In this document: positions 55,812 through 64,000 of the stretch, in pieces
Position numbering within the stretch: position 1 is the stretch's first letter
Layout of the letters: every line of letters starts with the position of its first letter
The notes under the pieces: generated by a model
Told to the model about the DNA's origin: nothing
Seen by the model: the letters and a program-made list of their open reading frames with translations, nothing else
The model's database searches: none
Source: Rebecca billardiae RCC1528
Lineage: Eukaryota > Protista > Haptophyta
Direction: 5' to 3'
DNA length: 64,000 nucleotides
Assembly (NCBI GenBank): GCA_965240325.2
Contig: OZ251237.1
Span: 992,001-1,056,000, forward strand
Made by a program: the position numbers and the translations under genes

Positions 55812-58706
55812 TCAGAACGCGCCCCCAGCGCTGCCAGCGGCCTGCTGCATGTCGAGCAGCAGCTGCAGCTTGGACTTCTCGTGCCGCATCTGCTCCTCGA
55901 GCTTGCGGATGGTCTCGAGCTGCATGTCGATCACGCGCTGCATGGCGCCTGCGCGCGCTGACGCGCTCGCGCCGCGCGCCTGCTGCGCCTGCACGCGGCG
56001 CGCGCTGAACGCGCTGCCAGCGAAGCCCGTCGACGCTGGCGGTGGCTGCAACTGGGGTCGGGGGGGCGCGTGCTCAGCCGCCGCGCCCGCGCGTGCCCGC
56101 GCGTCCGCCAGCGCGCCCACGTGCATCCTGGCCGTCTGCGCCGAGAGCTCCTCGAGGCTCAAGGCACCGCCTTCAGGCGAGGCGAGGGCGGAGTCCGTCG
56201 CGCGCGCGCCACCGCACGGCTCGGCGACGCTCCGACCGTCCGCCTCGTCCAAGCCGCCCGCGCCACGCGGCGCGAGGCCGGGCGGGGCTGCGGCGCGCCA
56301 CAGCCCGTCCGCGCCGCCACCGCCGCCGCCAGGCGCCGCCGCATCCCTGCCGCCCTCTGCCGCCGCATGCCATGCGCTCGCGCCGTCGGCGGCGCGCCAG
56401 CTGTCCGGCGTCTTGTCCACGGCCTCGCCCGGCGCGCGCGCCTTCTGACTCGCCGCGGGCGGGCAGCGGTGCCCGCGCAGGGCGACCGTCCCGCACGTGC
56501 GGCAGAAGCGAGACGGCTCGTGCTCGCCGAGCGCCGCCCCTCCGGGCTCCGCCCCGGGGCTGGCGGCTTCGCCTGTCACCGGGCCGCGCGGCTCGGCGTC
56601 CGAGCCGCGCTGGGCGGCGTGCTCGGCATCGGCGTGCTCCTCCGAGGCGGCGGCGGGCTGTGGGGCGTCGGCCGAGACCGGAGCCACTGTGAACCTCGAC
56701 GCCACGCCCTCGCCCTCGCGCGCCGGCGGGGAGCGCGGGCTGTCGGCAGCGCGCGCCCCATCCTGCGACGCGGCGGCGGCGGGCTCGGGGCTCGTCGGCG
56801 CCGACGCGTCACGCGACGCACCGCTCACGCCGGGCTCGGCCGAGGCGTGCACCCTGGGCCTCGCGCCGCGAGCGCGCGGCGCGCCGCCCTTGCCTCCTCC
56901 GCCCTCGTATCCGGCACACAGCAGCTCGCGCTCGAGCGCGCGGCGGTTCCTCTCGGCGACGATCTGCGCCTTGACGTGCGGCTCGCGCGCGAGCTCGAGG
57001 AGGTCCGGTCCGGGCCTTCCCGCGGGGCTCCCCGCCTCGCCGCCGAGCGCGTGCCCGCCGCCGCCGCCGCTCGCCGCGCCGCGCCAGTCCACGTTCGCGC
57101 CGTGGCGGAGCAGCTCCTCCACTGCCGCGGCGCGCGAGTTGCGCACCGCTAGTGAGAGCGGCGTGTTCGCGCCCGGGCCGCCGGGCGCGTTGACCGGCGC
57201 GTTGGCCTTGACCAGCGCGCGGATCGCGTCCACGTGCCCCGCCGCGCTCGCCAGCATCAGCGGGCTCAGTCCGGACGCGTCCTGCTTGAACACGGACGCT
57301 CCAGCGTTCACCAACACAGTCACGACCGCACGGTGCCCGGCGGCCGCGGCCACCAGCAGGGCTGAGCCCAGCACGTCGATGTCGATGAGGCCGCCGCCGG
57401 CTTTGACGAGCGCGAGCAGCACGTCCATCTGCGCCGACGCCGCCGCGCTCATCAGCACCTCGCCCGCCGCCGCCGTGCCCGCGCGCAGCAGCAGCTCGAT
57501 CAGCTCACGGTGGCCGCCGCGCGCGGCGAGCGCGAGCGGTGTCACCCCGGTGTTCGAGGCCGCGTCGGCGCGCGCCGAGTGGTCAAGGAGACGCGCGGCG
57601 ATGCGCGCGTCGCCGCTCTTGGCGCACAGCAGGAGCGCGGTCTGGCCCGCCCGGTCCGCCACGTCCGCGAGCGCGCCCGCCTGCAGCAGCCGCTCCACGA
57701 GCGCCAGGTGTCCGTTCTTTGCGCCGAGCATGAGCGCGCTCACGCCAGAGGCGTCGCGCGCGTTCGCGTCCGCGCGCGCCTCGAGCAGCGCGGACGCCGC
57801 GGGGACGTGGCCGTTCTGCGCGGCGGCCATGAGCGCGGTGCGGCGCGTCGCGCCGGCGGCGGCGTCGACCGCCGCGCGCGCCTCGACCAGCCGCTCGACG
57901 ATCCGCGCGTGGCCGCGGCCCGCGGCGATCGCGAGCGCAGACCAACCCGCAGAGTCGGTCACATCGACCGCGGCGCCGCGCGCAATCAGCTCGTGCAGGA
58001 TGGCGTCGTGGCCGTTCTCCGCGGCGACCATGGCGGGCGTGCCGACGCCCTCGGCGCTCAGGTCGAGCGTTGCGCCCGCGTCGAGCAGCGCGCGCACGAT
58101 CGGCACGCCGCCGCCATGCTGGCACGCCCAGTGCAGCGCCGACCAGCCGCGGCCGTCCACACCGTTCACGCCCGGCGCCGCGCCTGCCGACGGCGCCATC
58201 GCGCCGACGAGGACGTCGACGACGTCGGCGTGGCCGAACTGCGCCGCGATCATCAGCGCGTTGCCCCCGTGCGCGGGCACGACGGCGTGCGCGTCCGCCC
58301 CTGCGTCCAGCGCCAGGCGCGTCAGGTGTGCGTTGCCGAGCTGCGCCGCGCGGTGCAGCACCGTCCAGCCGGCCGCGTCGGTCTCACAGAGCACCGCCGC
58401 GCGTTCGGGCTCGTCAGCGAGTGCGCCGATGAGCAGATCTACCAGCGCGGCGCTCGGCGCCGCGGCCGCGGCGAGCACGAGCTCAGCCGCCGGGCTCAGC
58501 CCGCCGCCGGGCCGGGCGACGGAGGGACGTGCGCGGCCGCTCTCGAGGAGCGCCACGGCCGCATCGACGTGCGCCTTGCGCACGGCGAGGTGGAGCGGCG
58601 TGCTCCCGCGCGCGTCGGCGGCGCTGGGCTCGGCGCCCTGCGCGATCAGCTGGCGCACCCGCTCCGCCTGGCCCTTCGACGCCGCCTGGCGCAGCTGCTT
58701 GTCCAT
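55812..58706 (-). CDS. Long ankyrin-repeat protein with low-complexity and coiled-coil C-terminus
   Basis: Many G.T[PA]L..AA..GH repeats from MDKQLRQAASKG, a CRTC..HRC motif, and a terminal coiled coil. Confidence 0.9.
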   Translation of the reverse strand: MDKQLRQAASKGQAERVRQLIAQGAEPSAADARGSTPLHLAVRKAHVDAAVALLESGRARPSVARPGGGLSPAAELVLAAAAAPSAALVDLLIGALADEPERAAVLCETDAAGWTVLHRAAQLGNAHLTRLALDAGADAHAVVPAHGGNALMIAAQFGHADVVDVLVGAMAPSAGAAPGVNGVDGRGWSALHWACQHGGGVPIVRALLDAGATLDLSAEGVGTPAMVAAENGHDAILHELIARGAAVDVTDSAGWSALAIAAGRGHARIVERLVEARAAVDAAAGATRRTALMAAAQNGHVPAASALLEARADANARDASGVSALMLGAKNGHLALVERLLQAGALADVADRAGQTALLLCAKSGDARIAARLLDHSARADAASNTGVTPLALAARGGHRELIELLLRAGTAAAGEVLMSAAASAQMDVLLALVKAGGGLIDIDVLGSALLVAAAAGHRAVVTVLVNAGASVFKQDASGLSPLMLASAAGHVDAIRALVKANAPVNAPGGPGANTPLSLAVRNSRAAAVEELLRHGANVDWRGAASGGGGGHALGGEAGSPAGRPGPDLLELAREPHVKAQIVAERNRRALERELLCAGYEGGGGKGGAPRARGARPRVHASAEPGVSGASRDASAPTSPEPAAAASQDGARAADSPRSPPAREGEGVASRFTVAPVSADAPQPAAASEEHADAEHAAQRGSDAEPRGPVTGEAASPGAEPGGAALGEHEPSRFCRTCGTVALRGHRCPPAASQKARAPGEAVDKTPDSWRAADGASAWHAAAEGGRDAAAPGGGGGGADGLWRAAAPPGLAPRGAGGLDEADGRSVAEPCGGARATDSALASPEGGALSLEELSAQTARMHVGALADARARAGAAAEHAPPRPQLQPPPASTGFAGSAFSARRVQAQQARGASASARAGAMQRVIDMQLETIRKLEEQMRHEKSKLQLLLDMQQAAGSAGGAF

Positions 58707-59397
58707 GGCCGTTGACGATCGACGACGAGCCCATCCGCTCCGAGTCAGCCGAGTCCGGACGCTGCAGCCGCTGCTCACCACCGCCCCCGCCGCCAGGGGC
58801 GTTGCGCCAGCTGGACAAACGCCCTCCGGTCTTTTCAGATCTGCGCTTTTCAAAACGAAATGTTCCGCGCTCTGTTTAGGGCGAAGCGCGGTGGATGGCG
58901 GCTCGCCGCCGCATGGGCGGGCGAGTCGCCGCTGCCCGCAGAAAACGTGCGTCGGAGGCAAGGAAGCAGGCAGATGGCGCGTCGCGCGCGTCGTAGAATT
59001 CGGCCGTGACGCTCGCCAGCCTCAGCGCGCGCGGCGAAGCCAAGTCCATGGGCGCACTGCGTGCAGGCGGCACGGCCACGCCGCTCGGCCGCGCGACCGG
59101 CCTCGCAAGCGTCCTTGCGGCGCGAAAGGGCATCCCAGCTGCGGTCATTCGACTTGTGCGTCGGGAGACGTGTGCCATCTAGCCAACGCGCACGCGCCGC
59201 GAGCTGCACGGCGTGCGCACACGTCGCCCGCCGCACCGGTCAGGCGTGCGCCGCAAGCGGCACAGCGGGAGAGGGCCCCGATCCGAGTGCAGGTCTCGCC
59301 GGGGCCCTCCACAAGTCCAAGGATCCTGGACGGTGGGTCCCTTCGCGTTTGTCCAGCTGGCGCAACGCTCCGTGACGGCCCTTGTCGCCCCCGCAGC

Positions 59398-60507
59398 ATG
59401 GAGGCGGATTTTCCCGACCGCGTGCTCGGCGCCAACGCGGCGAGCGGCAGCGGCAGCACCCGGCCGCGCTTTCGCTGCCGCGAGTGTGGGTTCGTCGTCG
59501 ACCGCACCCTCGGCGACGGCTCGTGCCCCTCGTGCGCGGGCGTGCTCGAGGTGCTGCCGCCGGCCGCCGCGGGCGCCGCGCCCGCGCCGCCTGTGCCCGA
59601 GCTGGACGACGAGGAGAACAGCATCGCCGCGCTGCTCACGCACCTCGCGGAGACGTTCCTCGCCGCCGGCGTCCACGCGGCTGACGCCGACGTGGGCGGC
59701 GCCAGCGTCCCGGCCGACGTGCTGGACGCGCTGCCGCGCGTGACGATGGAACCGTATTGTGAGATCCGCTGCTACGTCGTGCCGGACGAGGGGGATGGCG
59801 CTGGCGACGGCGGCGACGACGAGGCGGCCGCGTCGGCGGCGGTCGCGCGCATCAGGCAGCTCGGCATCGAGCCATCCCTCGTCGCGCGCGGAACCGCCGC
59901 CGCGTTCGGCCCTCCGCTCAGCGGCCTTCCCTACGGTCTCGCGGGGTTTGTGGCCGCGTGCGACCCGGCCGACGGCAGCGAGGTGCGGAACGGCGCGGCG
60001 CTCGCCGGCCGGCTGGCGCTGCTCGCGCGCGGCGGGCCGTCCTTCGCGCTCAAGGTGGGCGCCGTGCAGCGCGCGCGCGCGCGCGGCGCGCTCATCTCGC
60101 AGAGCGCGGGCGCCAAGTGGCCGTTCACAATGGCAGACTCGAAGGGCGACGGCGCGGACGTGAGCATCCCGTCGGCGATGGTGCCGGCTGACGCGGGCGC
60201 GCAGCTGCGGGCGCTGCTCGACGCCGCGCCCGGCGGGAGGGTCCTCGCGCACGTGACGTGCAAGCACGCGCACTCGACGTGCGCGGTCTGCCTCGAGGAG
60301 TTCATCGTCGGCACGCTCGCCTGCCAGCTGCCGTGCTCGCACTGCTTCCACGACGGCTGCATCAGCCGCTGGCTCACGAGGCACGTGCGCTGCCCCGTGT
60401 GCCGGGCGCCAATCACCGCCGCGGGCGCGCCGGCGGGCGCGGGCGATGGTGATCACCCTGCGGCCGCCTCCGAGTCGGCCATGAGGGCAAGCGCCATGTT
60501 CTCTTGA
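59398..60507 (+). CDS. RING-H2 E3 ligase with N-terminal zinc ribbon and internal PA domain
   Basis: CRECG..CPSC; AAFGPPL..LAGRLALLARG..FALKV..VSIPSAMV; CAVCLEEF..LPCSHCFHDGCISRWL....CPVCR. Confidence 0.85.
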   Translation: MEADFPDRVLGANAASGSGSTRPRFRCRECGFVVDRTLGDGSCPSCAGVLEVLPPAAAGAAPAPPVPELDDEENSIAALLTHLAETFLAAGVHAADADVGGASVPADVLDALPRVTMEPYCEIRCYVVPDEGDGAGDGGDDEAAASAAVARIRQLGIEPSLVARGTAAAFGPPLSGLPYGLAGFVAACDPADGSEVRNGAALAGRLALLARGGPSFALKVGAVQRARARGALISQSAGAKWPFTMADSKGDGADVSIPSAMVPADAGAQLRALLDAAPGGRVLAHVTCKHAHSTCAVCLEEFIVGTLACQLPCSHCFHDGCISRWLTRHVRCPVCRAPITAAGAPAGAGDGDHPAAASESAMRASAMFS

Positions 60508-60866
60508 CGTGAGTAACCCAGCAGTGACTTGCTAAGCTCCGGGGAGTCCGGGCGCGCGCGCGGACTAGGTAGCTACGTCTAGCAGACCGTTGGAGTAAGC
60601 ACTAATAAGCTACGACTAGTCTCAGTCGGTCAGAGTCGAACAATACTCAGTAATCGCGATTATTAACAACTACCGTCTCGGCCGCCCCGCGTCAGACCAA
60701 CATACAGAACTTTATTATAACTAATATTATTATATCGGCGTCCGCGCAGCGTATATATATCGCAACGCGGATAATGCCGCCGGCGCCGTGGCCGTGTCAC
60801 TCCCGCCGTAGCAGTAGTTGTCGACGACTCTGATACCGTGTTGCACTGTCAGACAGCGCGCTGGCG

Positions 60867-63327
60867 TCAGTCGTCGCGCGCCAGTCCGATGGTGCTGCCC
60901 GCGGTGGAGGCGGCGCGCGATCGGTCCGGGAGGTGCCGGTGGTGCCTCGACGACCAGTGCGAGTGCGTGGAGAAGTTGTGCTCCGTGCCTCCCGGCGGCC
61001 CGAGCGCCGGCATGTGCACCGCGCACACGTCCGCGAGCCGCGCGCTCGCCAGCGCCGCGAGCGCGCCGTGGCCGCAGCGCAGCAGGCCGATGAGCGCGAG
61101 CGCGCGCCGCGCAAACTCCGCATCGTCGGCCGCGACCTCGTGAGCGGGCACGCCGGCCTCGTGCGCCTCGTCGGCGCCCGTCGGCGCCGAGCCGTGCGGG
61201 CAGATGACCGCGCTCGCGCCCGCGTCGAGCAGCGCCTCGACGAGCGAGTCCGGCAGCAGCCCGCGGCTCAGCACGACGCGCTCGCGCCACGCGCGCGCGC
61301 GCGCGCGCACGGCCGCGGCGCTGAGCAGCCCGCCGACACGGTCGGGCGTCAACTCGTGGTACACGCGGACGGTGCTCTCGTCCGCGGCGGCGGCGGCGGC
61401 GGCGGCGTCGGCGGTGGCGCCGCCGCACGCGGGCATCGCGAAGCGCAGCTCGTGCGCGAGCAGCAGCACGGGCGAGGGCAGCCCGCCCGCGCCGTGCGCG
61501 CCGCGGCGCGCGCGCGCGTCCGCGCGCGCGCGCGCGCCGCCCAACCCCACCAAGTCTAAGGGCTCAGCCGCTGAGTACTGCAGTGGGCACAGCTCGGCGG
61601 CGGCCTGTGCGGCTGTGTACGCGACGGGGCGGTGCGCCCAGCGCACGACGACGCCGCCGTCGGAGCCCTCGCCTGCGCCGCCGCGCACGCGCGCGCAGCA
61701 CAGGATCACCAGGCCCGCCTCTGGGTCCGCTTCCAGCGCGTCCGCCAACGCCTCCCATCCGGGGCCCGCGGCCGCGCTCGCCGCGGCCGCGCCCGCCGGC
61801 GGCGCGGGCGCGGCCGGCTCGCGCGGCGCGGCGGTGGCGGCGGGGACGCCGGCGTGTTCGGCGGGTGTGGCTGCGCCGGGCTCGGCCCGCGCGGCGGTGA
61901 CGTCCGCGCGCAAGAGCCTGTGCGCGATGCCGCGCGTGCTCAGGTCCGCGCAGATCGCGGCGGTCACCGGCGACGGCGCGGCCGCGGCCGCGGCCGCTGG
62001 GTGCGGCGCGGCGGCGGCGGCGGCGGCGGCTGAGGCTCCGTGCGCGGCCGCGGCACCGGCGGCGCCCGCGGCCGGTGCGGGCGTGGCGTCGAAGAGGACG
62101 ACCCTGCGGCCACGCAGCCGCCCGCGCGCGCCCGGCACGACCCCCTCCGCCGCCACGCGCGCGCCCGACACCAGCGCCTCGGCGAGCGCCTCCATGCGCG
62201 CGCGCACCGGCGCCGAATCCAAGTAATCGCGGGTAGCTTCCAGCATGGCTGCCAGCTCCTGGGGGGAGGTGGAGTCCAGCCCGACCTCGCACCGGCTGTC
62301 GACGGGCTGCAGCCGCTCGTAGCGCACGCCGGGCATGAGCGGCGCGAGCGCGTCCAGCGCGTCCGCCACGAGCTGCGTCGACGTCGCCTGCTCGAGCAGC
62401 ACCGACCCCATGTGCATCTTGCTCCAGGGCTGCTCGCGCGCGCGCGCGCGGCCGGTGCCCGTACCGATCGAGACGAGAGTTCCGATGGGCTCGCCCGGCC
62501 AGAGGCGCTGCGCCTCCTGCACGCCGAGCACGGCGGGGTTGTTCGCGACGAGGCCGCCGTCCTGGAAGCGGGACCCGCCGATCAGCACGTCGTCGAAGTA
62601 GTACGGCGCGGCCGACGTGCAGCGGATCGCGCGCCACACGTGAGTCTTACAGTCGCCGCCGCCCGCGCTCGCCGCCGCCGCCGACGATGATTCCGCCGCC
62701 GCCGCCGCCGCCGCCGCCGACGTCGCCGACGCGGATGAGGCGCAGCGACGCGGCTCGGGGGCGGCCGCGGGCGCCGACGAGTCGGTGCGCGCGCCGAGCC
62801 GATCGGCGCCGCCCGCCTCGCCGCCCTCGACGGAGCCCACGTCGCTCATCCGCCGCCCGCCCGCCCCGCCGCCGGCGCCGGCGCCACCCTCGGCCTCGGC
62901 TGCCGCAGCCTCCGCGGGCGCGGGCCGCGCGCGCGTGTGCACGTAATTCCGGAAGAGGTGCGGGCTGGCGGGGACGGTGGAGACGAGCGAGGCGACGCAG
63001 CAGAAGCGCGGCACCGCGCGCGAAGACGAGTCGATCAGCAGCCCGTCGTGGAACGTGTCCATCAGCAGCCCGTCCAAAATACCCGTCCCGTATTTGGAGC
63101 CGTATAGCAGCGCTCGCACGCCGCCTAATTGCTCGACCGACGTCTTATAGACATCGCCGAGCCACGAGGACCAGCCCGAGCCGTAGGAGGAGGAGCCGCC
63201 GGCGGCCGAGCCCATCGGCAGCGCACCACCGCCGCCCGCCGCGTCGAGCGACCCCGCCGCCGGCCCGACGGGCGTGGTCGGCGTCGACGCGCCGTCGGCC
63301 GCCGCCGCCGCGGCCGCCGCGACCGCC

Positions 63328-63359
<32 letters not shown>

Positions 63360-64000
63360 CGCCGGCTGCGAGTCGCCGTTGGCGCTGCCGCCGTCGTCGG
63401 CGCGCTGGTCGAGGGAGAAGATGCGGCGGCCGAGGGTGTGGAAGAGCTGCTCGCACTCGCCTAGCGTCGCGAGGTTGTGGCACAGCAGCGCCGCGATGAT
63501 CCCGCCCGCCGACGTGCCGACGATCAAATCAAAGAGCTCAACGATCCGATGGCCCGAAATTGCTTCGAGCCGCTTGAGCACGCACAGCGTGACGAGCGCG
63601 CGCATCCCGCCGCCGTCGAGGCTGAGCACGCGGAGCGCGGCGGCGGCGTCGGCCGCGCGGCGCGGCGCGCGCGGCCCGCGCCCCACCGCGCGCTCCACGC
63701 TGCCGTTCTGCCCGAGCAGAGCGAGCAGGTGCACGGCCGCATGCCACACGGCCGCGCGCGCGCGCCGCGCGTCTCGAGCAATCAGCAGGGGGCTCGAGCC
63801 GCCACCGGCGGCGGCGGCGGCGGCGGCGGTGGCGGAGGGCGCGGCCAGCCGGGTGGCCTCGATGAGCACGAGCGCGCGCACGTCATCCTGCGAGCTCGTG
63901 CGCGCCATCGAGCCCAGCCCGAGCCAGCGCCCGCGCGCCGAGCGCAGCGTGGGCGAGAGAACGTGACAGGCGGGCTGCGCCGGGCCGTAGTCACCGCGCG
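60867..64000 (-). CDS. Patatin phospholipase of plant PLA-I/iPLA2-gamma type; probably 5'-partial
   Basis: LSLDGGGMR, GTSAG, SAAPYYF..DGG..NNP, SIGTG. C-terminal AWRERVV..ALLDAGASAVICP as in plant PLA-I. The frame stays open to the window edge. Confidence 0.88.

Noticed and set aside
56497-60507. 1336-aa ORF
   Set aside because: Only the last ~369 aa (from 59398) are the RING gene; the rest is antisense to the ankyrin gene.

Overview
This is very GC-rich, gene-dense eukaryotic nuclear DNA with short GC-rich spliceosomal introns, flagellar genes and signal-peptide-led plastid proteins. That suggests a flagellated alga with a complex plastid, tentatively a Pavlovales-type haptophyte (inference, no search run). 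About 26 protein genes are supported, most in head-to-head pairs with short spacers. They include an axonemal dynein heavy chain (5' part), TXNDC9, MORN5, eIF3i, a VTE3-like methyltransferase, a MYST acetyltransferase, a DENN protein, two F-box/RCC1 paralogs, holocytochrome c synthase, a NodZ-like fucosyltransferase, a SCaMC carrier, an MFS transporter and a patatin PLA-I. The 29-44 kb zone is repeat-rich. Main highlights: (1) a signal peptide-PA-7TM-TIR/HET-like receptor keeping the WCxxE glutamate; (2) two young, transposase-less long-TIR foldback elements (1.08 kb with a 5-bp TSD; 4.0 kb with a 3-bp TSD and duplicated Ser/Pro-rich cargo), each inserted in a bidirectional promoter close to both start codons; (3) a signal peptide-ClpS-like-thioredoxin fusion; (4) a soluble zinc ribbon-PA-RING E3. 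Gene models and splice sites were read by eye.
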